This document shows positions 8,857 through 17,476 of a stretch of 45,191 nt of DNA, in pieces; the first letter of the stretch is position 1; each line of letters begins with the position of its first letter. The translations under genes and the position numbers were made by a program. Source of the DNA: a virus (Duplodnaviria > Caudoviricetes); the IMG/VR virus record IMGVR_UViG_3300031520_000007, positions 1 to 45,191 of that record; one strand, given 5' to 3'. The notes beneath the pieces are model-generated. The model worked only from the letters and a program-made list of their open reading frames with translations, did not search any database and had not been told where the DNA came from.

Positions 8857-8964
8857 CTGCCCCACCTACCGGCTCCATCCCGGAGCCGCGCCCTCATTAG
8901 CCGCCTGGGCAGCGGTTGACGCAGCGCCATGAGAGCGCCGCATCCCTTGATGGAGTCCACCCCG

Positions 8965-10599
8965 ATGAAGCTACATGACCTCAAGGCGCAGCGGGCCGAC
9001 AAGCTGCGCACCAAGCTCGACATCGCCACCAAGCTGCGCGTCATAGCAGAGAAGGACGATGGGCCGGACGGCCCGTCCGTTGAGGACGTGTCCGATGCGG
9101 ACAACATGCGCGCCCAGCTCGCGCAGATTAACGCCGACGTGTCCGCGATGGACGTGCGGATCAGCGACATCGAAGGTTTCATCTCCGCGCAGGCCGAGGC
9201 CGCGCAGCAGGTGGACGCCATCAACGACGATGCCCCCGCCGATGTGGCCGGCGACGGCGACGCGGGGGCTGGCGACACGGGCGCGGCGTCGTTTCGCGCA
9301 GGCGTTCCGGTGCAACTCAAGAACGGTCGCGTCCCGGCCCAAGCTCGCGTTCCTGAACCCCTCGGCTTCAAGGCCGCCCGGTTCGTAATCGGCGTGCTGG
9401 CCGCCAAGACGCTGGGCCAACGCGGCGCCGCCGACCTCATCAGCAAGCGCTTCGGTGACGCCGAAGTGGCAAAGGCGCTGAACACCACGGGCGCCGCCAC
9501 CGGCGGCGCGCTGATCCCGCAGGCGTTCTCAAACGAGATCATTGAGCTGCTGCGCGCCCGCACGGTCGTGCGCGGCCTTGATCCCGTCATCTATCCGATG
9601 CAGTCGGGCAACCTGACCATCCCGCGGCAGGCGGCCGGCGCGCAGTCTGGCTACCAGGGCGAGCTGGACGACATCGCGCTCACGCAGGCGACGTTCGACG
9701 ACCTGCAGTTGAACGCGAAGAAGCTGGTCACGATGACGAGTGCTTCGAACGATCTGATCCGCCGCGTGCCTTTTGGCATTGAGAACATCATCCGCGACGA
9801 CCTGCTGCAGAGCATCGCCCGCCGCGAGGATCTGGCCTTCCTGATCGGTGACGGCTCCGGCGGCTCGCCCGTGGGCTTGCTCAACCAGTGCAGCGCACAG
9901 AACAAACTGATCGCCAACCCGCTCATTGACCCCAACGACAACGGCAAGACGCTGGCCCAGGTTGTCGGCGTGCTGAACGGCTTGGAACTCACGCTTGAGA
10001 TGGGCATGAGCAACATGATCCGCCCCGCGTGGATTACCTCGCCCCAGGTGACAAAGTTCCTCATGGGCCTGCAGAACGCGGTCGGCGGCATGTTCGTGTT
10101 CCAGGACGAGCTGGCCCAGGGCAAGTTGCGCAGCCTGCCCATTGCAACGACCCAGCAACTGCCGACGAACCTCAACACCGGCACGGCGGGGGCGCCGGTC
10201 AACAACGGCTCCTTCCTGTTCCTCGTGGACATGGCTGACGTGATCTTGGCGGAGACGTTTGGCGTCACTGTTGAGGCGTCCGACGTGGCTTCCTTCAAGG
10301 ACAGTGGGGGCAATACTGTGAACGCTTTCCAGCGCGACTTGAGCGTATTCCGCGTGATCACCGAGCACGACCTTGGGCTTCGTCACCAGCCGTCCCTTGC
10401 GGTGGCAGTGCTGCCGGGCTGGGCGCCGGCTGGCTACAACGGGTTCGGCCCGGGTGCTGCGTTCGCCGTGCAGCCGCTCAACACGCTGGGCAGCGCGGCG
10501 CCGAGCACGGGAGCAACTAATTCTCCAAGTGGGAGCAATAACCCTGGCAATTCCAGCGCTGCTGTACCTGGCGGCACTTTGCCCGGACGCGCTTCTTAA
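8965..10599 (+). CDS. Major capsid protein (HK97 fold) with N-terminal scaffold region and low-complexity C-terminal extension
   Basis: GGALIPQAFSNEIIELLR, AKKL, AFLIGDG..G.PVGLL, FQRD..FRVI. Start at ATG 8965 after GGAG. Confidence 0.95.
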   Translation: MKLHDLKAQRADKLRTKLDIATKLRVIAEKDDGPDGPSVEDVSDADNMRAQLAQINADVSAMDVRISDIEGFISAQAEAAQQVDAINDDAPADVAGDGDAGAGDTGAASFRAGVPVQLKNGRVPAQARVPEPLGFKAARFVIGVLAAKTLGQRGAADLISKRFGDAEVAKALNTTGAATGGALIPQAFSNEIIELLRARTVVRGLDPVIYPMQSGNLTIPRQAAGAQSGYQGELDDIALTQATFDDLQLNAKKLVTMTSASNDLIRRVPFGIENIIRDDLLQSIARREDLAFLIGDGSGGSPVGLLNQCSAQNKLIANPLIDPNDNGKTLAQVVGVLNGLELTLEMGMSNMIRPAWITSPQVTKFLMGLQNAVGGMFVFQDELAQGKLRSLPIATTQQLPTNLNTGTAGAPVNNGSFLFLVDMADVILAETFGVTVEASDVASFKDSGGNTVNAFQRDLSVFRVITEHDLGLRHQPSLAVAVLPGWAPAGYNGFGPGAAFAVQPLNTLGSAAPSTGATNSPSGSNNPGNSSAAVPGGTLPGRAS

Positions 10600-10604
10600 T
10601 GGTT

Positions 10605-10698
10605 TTGCTTACTCAAATACACATGCTATAGTGCGGATAGGTAGACCGTTACAGCGGTCCACCCATCCTGACCACACCTTGCGTAGGAGCGCACGGCA
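10605..10698 (+). promoter_or_regulatory. Promoter + 14-bp hairpin + TGACCAC leader of the second free-standing HNH
   Basis: TTGCTT-N16-TATAGT. Inverted repeat GGATAGGTAGACCG (10635-10648) / CGGTCCACCCATCC (10655-10668), then TGACCAC and AGGAG. Confidence 0.6.
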
Positions 10699-11322
10699 TT
10701 GGCTGACCACGATCTTAACACGAAGCTCTGCAAGGGCTGCAACTTACAGCAGTCAAAGACGCATTTCTTTAACGCTTCGGCAGCACCAGACGGGTTGCAG
10801 CGTCGTTGCAAGACCTGCATGAAGGCAAGCAAGCGAGAGGACTACTATCGCAATCTTGAAAAGTCCCGTGCGCGGGAGAGGGCGCGAGTTCGCAACAAAG
10901 ATCAGTTGCGGCAGGCGTCTGCACGATGGCGGGAGCGGCATCCGGAACTGTTTAAATCTCGGATAGCTGCTTGGACACAGCGAAATAGGGTCAAACGCAA
11001 CGCGACTATCAAAGCGTGGAAGGCTGCCAACCCGGAAAAGATGCGGGAAATGGACGCGCGGCGTCGTGCCTCAAAGGTTAATGCGCCTGGCAACGGCTGG
11101 ACCGTCGAGGATGTGGCTGCAATACGCTTGGCGCAGAAGAATAAATGCGCCATTTGCCGCGTGACCTTGGGTAAGCGCATCCACCGCGATCACATAGTCC
11201 CGCTGTTCAGGGGCGGTGCGCACTGCCGTCGTAACCTTCAGCTCCTATGCGAGCCATGCAACCTGTCCAAGGGCGCCCGCGACCCAATAGACCATGCCCG
11301 CACGTTGGGCTTGCTGCTCTAG
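10699..11322 (+). CDS. Free-standing HNH endonuclease
   Basis: N-terminal CKGC...DGLQRRCKTC, basic helical repeats, then QKNKCAIC...HRDHIVPLFRGGAH..RNLQLLCEPCNLSKG. Confidence 0.92.
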   Translation: MADHDLNTKLCKGCNLQQSKTHFFNASAAPDGLQRRCKTCMKASKREDYYRNLEKSRARERARVRNKDQLRQASARWRERHPELFKSRIAAWTQRNRVKRNATIKAWKAANPEKMREMDARRRASKVNAPGNGWTVEDVAAIRLAQKNKCAICRVTLGKRIHRDHIVPLFRGGAHCRRNLQLLCEPCNLSKGARDPIDHARTLGLLL

Positions 11323-11375
11323 CCCAATTCCACCAACCCGCCGGGGCCTAGCCCGGCCCACTTGAAAGGCGTTCC

Positions 11376-11696
11376 ATGCCCCCCGCCGTCACCACATCTG
11401 CGCCCAGCACGGCAACACCCCAGGCAGCCGCAGACGCGCTCAGGTCCGCACCGAACTCGCCCGCGTTTGTCGAGACTACGGTCACGACCGCAGCCGCCGT
11501 CATGGAGCCGGGAAGCGCCTTGCCGCAGGGCGAGATGATGAACGTGCTGATGCGGCGTTCGGTGCCGCAGCTCAAGGCCATCGCCGGGCAGCAGCAGGGC
11601 TTTCCCGAGGCCATCGCGCGCCGCCTGATTGCAGCAGGCGCCGCCGTGCTGCCGCTTGGCCGCGTCGTGTCCGCCTCCTCCATCATCCGCAAGTAA
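11376..11696 (+). CDS. Small head-region hypothetical protein
   Basis: Post-capsid position with phage-like codon use. C-terminal GFPEAIARRLIAAGAA. Confidence 0.6.
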   Translation: MPPAVTTSAPSTATPQAAADALRSAPNSPAFVETTVTTAAAVMEPGSALPQGEMMNVLMRRSVPQLKAIAGQQQGFPEAIARRLIAAGAAVLPLGRVVSASSIIRK

Positions 11697-11735
11697 TTCG
11701 CGCCGGCCCACCGCGCACCAACAGGAGCACCGCCC

Positions 11736-12302
11736 ATGTCCGACACCGATCCGAACGCAATCCCCGCGGCTGCCTACCGTACTGCCGCCGAAGTTGCAGG
11801 CGACAAGATGAAGCCGATGCCGGCTGAGACGCAGGGTGACGCCCGCAACGGCCTGACCCGCGTGCTGGGGCTGCAAGAGATCGCCGGCAGCACCGCCCCG
11901 TCTCGTTTCGACGGCAAGCCCGTGCCGCATGTGTTCGGCCCGGGTCAGAACCCCGTTGACCCCGTAGCGGCCGGCTTGGACACACGCCTGATCGGTCACA
12001 CGGCGGACGCCAACCACGTCATCACCCAAACCGGCGAGGCCGGTTCGGGAATGCGGCCGTTCACCTACGTGCAGCACACCGGCCCCGAAATGGTGCCGCA
12101 GTCCGCGCCCGCAGACGGCCAGCACGTGACGGTTGAGGCGCCGAAGGCCAAGGATACGGGTCCGGTTCCGCCGGCCGCTTCCAAGGTCAGCGACCAGCCC
12201 GTCCCCACCAACGGCGGCCCGCAAGACGCGCAGCCGGCGGCCAAGCCGGCGGCGGCATCGCCCGCTCCGCAGCCTGCGCCCGCTGCAAAGCCCGCCGCCT
12301 AA
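11736..12302 (+). CDS. Pro/Ala-rich hypothetical protein
   Basis: AGGAG RBS; 188 aa; low-complexity C-terminus. Confidence 0.65.
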   Translation: MSDTDPNAIPAAAYRTAAEVAGDKMKPMPAETQGDARNGLTRVLGLQEIAGSTAPSRFDGKPVPHVFGPGQNPVDPVAAGLDTRLIGHTADANHVITQTGEAGSGMRPFTYVQHTGPEMVPQSAPADGQHVTVEAPKAKDTGPVPPAASKVSDQPVPTNGGPQDAQPAAKPAAASPAPQPAPAAKPAA

Positions 12303-12326
12303 CGCCACTCCGCCAGTCCGTTCGTC

Positions 12327-12971
12327 GTGCTGTCCACTCTGCGCGTGGTGACGCCGCCAGCGTCACCCGCCGTCGCACTAGCCACTGTGCGCCAGCACGT
12401 TCGGGTGGACACCACTGACGATGACGATCTGCTGGGCCTATATCTTGATAGCGCCACGCAGACTGTCGAAACGTTCCTGGGCCGGGCGCTGATCACCACA
12501 ACCCTGTCCTGGGACGTGATGGATGCGCCGCTCAACAACGTCCCGATGATCCCGGCTGGCAACCTGTTCGTCCTGCCGCTGGCCTTCTCTGGGCTGAGCC
12601 TCGCGGGCCGCGCCTTGGAGCTGCCCCGTGCGCCGGTGCAGGAAGTGCTCAGCTTCCGCATGGGCATCGGCGCGGATGCGGTGGACATCGCTGCTGACCG
12701 CTATAGTCAAGACCTCGGGCAGGACCCGGCGCGGTTGCGGCTGCTCAACGGGCTGTCGCTTTTGGGCAATCTCTACGGCTCGCCGGGCTTCAGCGTCACG
12801 TTCCGGGCGGGCTACGGCGACGATCCCTCCGCCATTCCAGCACCGATCCGGCACGCGCTCCTGCTGATGACCAGCTATGGGTATGAGCGCCGCGGCGACG
12901 ACGGCGGCGAGATGCCCAGCGTGGTTGAGCGGCTGCTGTGGCCTTACCGTATGATGACGTTCGGTGGCTGA
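12327..12971 (+). CDS. Head-tail connector (gp6-like adaptor)
   Basis: VALATVRQHVRVD..DDDLL, LPRAPVQEV, VTFRAGYG, IPAPIRHALLL...YERR...LLWPYR. Confidence 0.9.
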   Translation: MLSTLRVVTPPASPAVALATVRQHVRVDTTDDDDLLGLYLDSATQTVETFLGRALITTTLSWDVMDAPLNNVPMIPAGNLFVLPLAFSGLSLAGRALELPRAPVQEVLSFRMGIGADAVDIAADRYSQDLGQDPARLRLLNGLSLLGNLYGSPGFSVTFRAGYGDDPSAIPAPIRHALLLMTSYGYERRGDDGGEMPSVVERLLWPYRMMTFGG

Positions 12972-13341
12972 CCAAGAGGATGCGGGGCTAGAGATTGGCC
13001 GGCTGCGCTGGCTCGTCACGTTGGCCTCCCGTGTGCAGACGCCCGACCCTGCTGGCCCTGGTGTGTTGGAAACGACGACTGCGCCAGTGATGGTCCATGC
13101 CGACGTGCAGGCCGTGGGCGCGCTGACGTTCTACGGCGGCGAGGACACCGGCGCCCCGTTCACGCATCGCATCTTCATGCGCTGGCATGACTACCTTGAC
13201 CAAACCAAGGCCGTGCTGCGGACCACGACAAGGCTGGATGGCACGCCGCGCGCTGAAGTGTTCCGGGTCAAGCAGATCAAGGAGCTGGGTGGGCGCAAGC
13301 GGTTCGTCGTCGTCGAGTGCGTGCTGGAGAAGGCAAAATGA
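12964..13341 (+). CDS. Head closure/stopper protein
   Basis: IGRLRWLVTL...THRIFMRW; synteny. Confidence 0.8.
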   Translation: MADQEDAGLEIGRLRWLVTLASRVQTPDPAGPGVLETTTAPVMVHADVQAVGALTFYGGEDTGAPFTHRIFMRWHDYLDQTKAVLRTTTRLDGTPRAEVFRVKQIKELGGRKRFVVVECVLEKAK

Positions 13342-13829
13342 TCCGTCTCCAGATCACCGCCCCCAGCGTCGCGCTAGTCTACGAGAAGCGCCGTCTGAAG
13401 AAGTTGATGCGCCAGGCCGGCGCCGAAGTTGCCGCAGTCGCTCGCGCGCTGATCCGCCGCAGTGAGGGCGGAGGCAACACCTACACCCGAGATGGGCGCA
13501 AATACCAAGCCAGCATGCCAGGCGATGCCCCTGTCAAGGTCACGGGCGACTTGCTGCGCGGCATCAAGGTCCGGCCCTTCAAATCCGGCGAGGGTGTAGC
13601 GATCCGCGACACCGTGTTCTACGCCCTGTTTTTGGAGGCGGGCGCGAAGGGTGGCGGTCGGAAGGGTGGCAAAGGCGCGCGCAACAAGCGCGGCGCCCCG
13701 CAGACATCCCGAGTGCTGCAACCCCGTCCGTTCTTATCCTTGGCCCTGGCACAGCGGCAGGAAAGCATCGGCCAGCGGCTGCGCGACAGCATCGTGCAGG
13801 ACATCGCGTTCAAACGGCTGAAGGCGTGA
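13338..13829 (+). CDS. HK97 gp10-like neck/tail component
   Basis: ASMPGDAPVKVTGDLLRGI, FYALFLEAG, PRPFL. Confidence 0.85.
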   Translation: MIRLQITAPSVALVYEKRRLKKLMRQAGAEVAAVARALIRRSEGGGNTYTRDGRKYQASMPGDAPVKVTGDLLRGIKVRPFKSGEGVAIRDTVFYALFLEAGAKGGGRKGGKGARNKRGAPQTSRVLQPRPFLSLALAQRQESIGQRLRDSIVQDIAFKRLKA

Positions 13830-14173
13830 GCCGACAATCGGCGCCGCCACGCCCGCAGCCTAAGCCTATGCCGGGCGGGACGGCAGGTTTGTCAGATGAA
13901 GGCGTGAGTTGCGAACCCGTTTGGTCATTTTTCTCCACTTTTTTGGAGCCGGATGAGCAACCCCATGCGCGGCGAGAACGGGCCGCCAAAGGGTTGCGAG
14001 CAATTTGGCGGGCCATCTTTTCGCCAGAACCGCCGCATCGCTTAGACGGCTTCTACATAGCGATGCGTATAAGGCTTGCGGGACTAACTTTGGAGCAGGC
14101 AGCGGCAGAGCGTTCCGAACAGAACCTTGCAAGGATAGATGCCTGGTGCAGAGGCGAGAGGTTCCCTTTTTGA
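13826..14173 (+). CDS. Hypothetical protein (inserted in the neck module)
   Basis: GTGA overlap with the upstream stop; lower GC; no recognisable motif. Confidence 0.4.
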   Translation: MSRQSAPPRPQPKPMPGGTAGLSDEGVSCEPVWSFFSTFLEPDEQPHARRERAAKGLRAIWRAIFSPEPPHRLDGFYIAMRIRLAGLTLEQAAAERSEQNLARIDAWCRGERFPF

Positions 14174-14360
14174 GCATCGCCCTCTCGCCGTCAAAAAGAG
14201 TGACACGTAAGCCGCCACCCATGCTGATCGTCTACCGTGGCTGGTTTGTGACTGCCGAACGTCCGGTGGCGGTTGATGTTCTGCTACGCTGGGATCGCTT
14301 GCACGGTCGTATTCCCTCACGCCCTTGGTGGCGCAATCTCTGCAAGCGGTGGGTGCGGCA

Positions 14361-14921
14361 ATGGACCTGAACGCCGCCATCATGCAGCTCCGCCGCCAAG
14401 CGCCAATCTTCGGCGGCGATCCCATCACTGGCAAAAATGGCCGCGTGGCCGGTGCCGCCGACTTCGCGCAGGCGATCGAAGATCAGGCGTGGATGGATCT
14501 GCCTGCTGCGTACGTGATCCCGTTAGACGAGGACTCCGACGAGAACCCACCCGGCCCCGGTCTAGACCAGCACATCACCGAGCGGATCGGCGTCATCGTT
14601 GAGTTGGACAACACCGCTGACCGCCGCGGTCAGGCTCCCGCTGCACAGCTTCACGACGTCCGGACGGCCGTGTTCGCAGCTTTGCTGAACTGGCGCATTG
14701 ACCCGGTATCTGCTGCTCAGGGTCTTGCTTATGGCGGTGGACGCCTTCTGCAGCTCGACCGCGCCCGGCTGTTCTTCCAGTGGGAATTCACCCTCCACCG
14801 CCTGCTAACCGATGCGGACGGTTGGCAAGAGCCGACGCCCGACTTTGCCGAAGTGGACGTACGCGTCCGCGATGATGGCCACCTGATCGGGCCTGAACTG
14901 CACATTCTGCTGCCCCAATAG
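14361..14921 (+). CDS. Tail terminator protein (Mu gp37-like)
   Basis: RVAGAADF, LPAAYVIPL, DRRGQ, AALLNW, RARLFFQWEF; located before the sheath gene. Confidence 0.85.
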   Translation: MDLNAAIMQLRRQAPIFGGDPITGKNGRVAGAADFAQAIEDQAWMDLPAAYVIPLDEDSDENPPGPGLDQHITERIGVIVELDNTADRRGQAPAAQLHDVRTAVFAALLNWRIDPVSAAQGLAYGGGRLLQLDRARLFFQWEFTLHRLLTDADGWQEPTPDFAEVDVRVRDDGHLIGPELHILLPQ

Positions 14922-14932
14922 GAGCCTGCCCC

Positions 14933-15139
14933 ATGTTCGTCAGACCTGCGCCCGGCATCAAGGTCCGGCGACACGACACGCTCACGCTTCTGCCACTGGA
15001 AGGCGAGGAAGTGCCCGACATGGCGTGGTGCCAGCGTCGCCTGCGCGACAAGGACGTGGTGGAGGGCGCGGCGCCTGTTGAGACGGCGCCCATGGAGGCT
15101 GAGCCTTCGGCCACCTCCGTCCAGGAGAAGCGCAAGTGA
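14933..15139 (+). CDS. DUF2635-family small tail protein (Mu gp38-like)
   Basis: MFVRPAPG..VR..DT..LLP.EG.EVPD.AW.QRRLRD.DVV, immediately before the sheath gene. Confidence 0.85.
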   Translation: MFVRPAPGIKVRRHDTLTLLPLEGEEVPDMAWCQRRLRDKDVVEGAAPVETAPMEAEPSATSVQEKRK

Positions 15140-16608
15140 CTATTACGTTCCAGCACTATCCGGACACGAACCGCGTCCCGGGCGTCTATGCCGAGATTGA
15201 TCCGTCCCGCGCAAACCGTGGCCGGATCAACCTCCGTTCGCTGCTGATCGGGCAAGTGCTGCCTGGCAGCGCGCTTGAGCCTGATGTCCCGGTGATCTGC
15301 GAGGGCGCGAACTGGACCAAGGCGAACGCTGGCGCCGGTTCCATGCTCGCCTTGATGGCGAAGCAGTATCGCAACCGCGACACGTTCGGGGAGCTGTGGC
15401 TGCTGCCGCTGGCGGACAACACAGCATCCGCCACGGCCATCGGCAGCGTTACCTTTGCGGGCACGGCGACGGCAGGCGGCACGGTCTCGGCCTACATCGG
15501 CGGGCAGCGTATCCAGGCACTGGTTGCCATCGGCATGACAGCCGACTTGGTTGCCGCATCTCTGGTTGCCGCTTGCGTTGCACAGGCCGACTTGCCGGTG
15601 TCCGCCTCTGCGACGGATGTGCTTGCGATCTTTGAGGCCAAGCACGCGGGCGCCGCCGGTAACGAGATTGACTTGCGGCTGAACTACTTGGGCAGCCGGG
15701 GTGGCGAGTTGCTGCCGCCCGGCATCACCGCCACCGTCTCACCGATGTCCGGCGGCACTGCGGCGCCGGACATGACGAACGCCCTACTGAACCTGGCTGA
15801 AACGCCATTCGACTACATCGCGCTGCCCTACACTGACACGGCCAGCCTTGCAGCAATGCAGGCTCTTATGGCAGATGACATAGGCCGGTGGGCCTGGAAC
15901 CGCATGATTTATGGCCATGTGTTCGCTGCCTACAGGGGCAGCATCGGTCGGCTGACGACACTTGGCGTTACTCGGAATGATCCGCACACCAGCATCATGG
16001 GCTTTGCGGACAGCCCGACCCCGGCATGGTTGTGGGCCGCCGATCTGACCGCCGCGTGCGCCTCCTCGCTGCGCGATGACCCGACGTTGCCTCTGCAGAC
16101 AATCCCGCTCGGTGTGCTGCCGCCGCCGGTGCAGAGCCAGTTTGTGCAGGGCGACCGCAACACGCTGCTTTATGACGGGATCGGCACGTTTTCAGTAGGC
16201 ACTGGCGGGCAGGTCCAGATTGAGCGCGTCGTCACGACCTACCAGACGAATGCCTCTGGCTCGCCGGATGACAGCTATCTTGATGTGGAGACGATGGCGA
16301 CGCTGGCCTATGTTTGCCGCGACCTCCGCACCTACCTATCCACGCAGTTCGCTCGCAAGAAGATCGTCTCTGACGCCACTCGCGTGACCGGCCCGAACAT
16401 CACCAGTCCCCTCGTGATCCGCGCCAGCGTCATCAGCCGCTACCGGCTGAAGGAGCAGCAAGGATACGTGCAGAACAGCGCGATCTTTGCGGCGCAGGTG
16501 CAGGTGGAAGCCGCTGGTAGCGGCTTGGTGAAGATTCTGTGGCCGGGCGATCTCGTAGGCCAGCTAAGGCAACTGGCCATTTTGGTTCAGTTCCAAAAAA
16601 GCACTTAA
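15136..16608 (+). CDS. Contractile tail sheath protein (Mu gpL-like)
   Basis: RVPGVYAEID.SRAN, GSML..M, DPTLPLQT, RNTLLYDGI, TTYQTN..G.PDDSYLDVET. Confidence 0.96.
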   Translation: MTITFQHYPDTNRVPGVYAEIDPSRANRGRINLRSLLIGQVLPGSALEPDVPVICEGANWTKANAGAGSMLALMAKQYRNRDTFGELWLLPLADNTASATAIGSVTFAGTATAGGTVSAYIGGQRIQALVAIGMTADLVAASLVAACVAQADLPVSASATDVLAIFEAKHAGAAGNEIDLRLNYLGSRGGELLPPGITATVSPMSGGTAAPDMTNALLNLAETPFDYIALPYTDTASLAAMQALMADDIGRWAWNRMIYGHVFAAYRGSIGRLTTLGVTRNDPHTSIMGFADSPTPAWLWAADLTAACASSLRDDPTLPLQTIPLGVLPPPVQSQFVQGDRNTLLYDGIGTFSVGTGGQVQIERVVTTYQTNASGSPDDSYLDVETMATLAYVCRDLRTYLSTQFARKKIVSDATRVTGPNITSPLVIRASVISRYRLKEQQGYVQNSAIFAAQVQVEAAGSGLVKILWPGDLVGQLRQLAILVQFQKST

Positions 16609-16620
16609 CGGAGCAGGCAC

Positions 16621-16992
16621 ATGGCCGACACATCAAAACGGCTGGCCGGCATCGCCAGCTTCACCATCGAAGGCACCGCTTACCAGCTCGTGGGCGACCT
16701 CACCTATGCCACCAGCACCCGCGAGCGCGAGAGCCTCATGGGAATGGACGGCTACCACGGATATTCCGAGAAGTTCGTCCCCGGCTACATCGCCATGAAG
16801 GTGCGCGACAACGCCGCCATCAACACGTCCTCGTTCACCGACATGACCGATGTGACGGTGGTCGCGATCACGAGCAACGGGAAGTCCGTTGCCGGGCAGC
16901 AGATGGTCAACATGAAGGCCGTCGAGATCAACGCCATGGAGGGCACCTTCGACTTGCGGTTTGAAGGCCCGGACGTGTCGGAAACCTTGTGA
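16621..16992 (+). CDS. Tail tube protein (Mu gpM-like)
   Basis: RLAGIA, RESLMGMDGYHGYSE, RFEG. Confidence 0.93.
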   Translation: MADTSKRLAGIASFTIEGTAYQLVGDLTYATSTRERESLMGMDGYHGYSEKFVPGYIAMKVRDNAAINTSSFTDMTDVTVVAITSNGKSVAGQQMVNMKAVEINAMEGTFDLRFEGPDVSETL

Positions 16993-17306
16993 TGAGCGAC
17001 ACCACGGCAATGCCGGTTCGCCCGGTGTGGACGATCACGCTGGTTGATCCGGTGGCCTATCAGGGCGGCAGCTTCTCAGAGTTGAAGTTGCGCGAGCCGA
17101 CCATGGGCGAACTCAACAAGGCGCTGGCTGAACTCGGTGCGTCTGGGACGCAGCAGCAGCAGAACAACATGCAGATCGTGCTGGTGTCGCTTGTATCCGG
17201 CGTGCATCGAGCCGTCGTGGAGCGGATGCCCTGGCCGGTGGTGGTCGGTGCCGCAGACTGGTGCATGTCTTTTACCGCCGCTGCCCCAGCAACGCCCCCG
17301 AGCTAG
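16992..17306 (+). CDS. Tail assembly chaperone (Mu gp41/P2 gpE-like)
   Basis: ITLVDPV...ELKLREPTMGEL; located between tube and tape measure genes. Confidence 0.85.
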   Translation: MSDTTAMPVRPVWTITLVDPVAYQGGSFSELKLREPTMGELNKALAELGASGTQQQQNNMQIVLVSLVSGVHRAVVERMPWPVVVGAADWCMSFTAAAPATPPS

Positions 17307-17416
17307 GCGCGCAGCTCACCAAATTCTATGCGTGGCCGCCCACTGCGGCGGCTGACTTGACGGGGCCGGAACTGGTCTGGTGGTGCCAGCAGGCTAACCG
17401 GATGGCGAAGGGGTAG
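17270..17416 (+). CDS. Probable -1 frameshift extension of the tail chaperone (gpE'-like)
   Basis: The -1 frame after TCT-TTT reads FYRRCPSNAPELGAQLTKFYAWPPTAAADLTGPELVWWCQQANRMAKG*, a GpE-like F.WPP....L...EL..W pattern. No ATG start in this frame before the motif. Confidence 0.7.
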   Translation, partial: FYRRCPSNAPELGAQLTKFYAWPPTAAADLTGPELVWWCQQANRMAKG

Positions 17417-17476
17417 GGGTACAACATCACCATTATGTCGTTGCGTCATGCGCTAGGTGCATGGTATTGTTTGCGT

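Noticed and set aside
8857-8964. Hairpins upstream of the capsid gene (CGGCTCC/GGAGCCG) as a third tRNA-like element
   Set aside because: They lack the GCGGGTCC.TCCCCGCCGC signature and closing stem. More likely an ordinary capsid-leader structure.
11600-11660. RRLIAAGAA in the post-capsid ORF resembling the AELIAAG docking helix
   Set aside because: Only a 5-residue match in Ala-rich sequence; the rest does not align.
4559-13829. RcGTA-like gene transfer agent
   Set aside because: The Mu-like contractile tail, gp74-like HNH with P27-type terS (cos-type packaging) and multiple morons do not fit RcGTA organisation.
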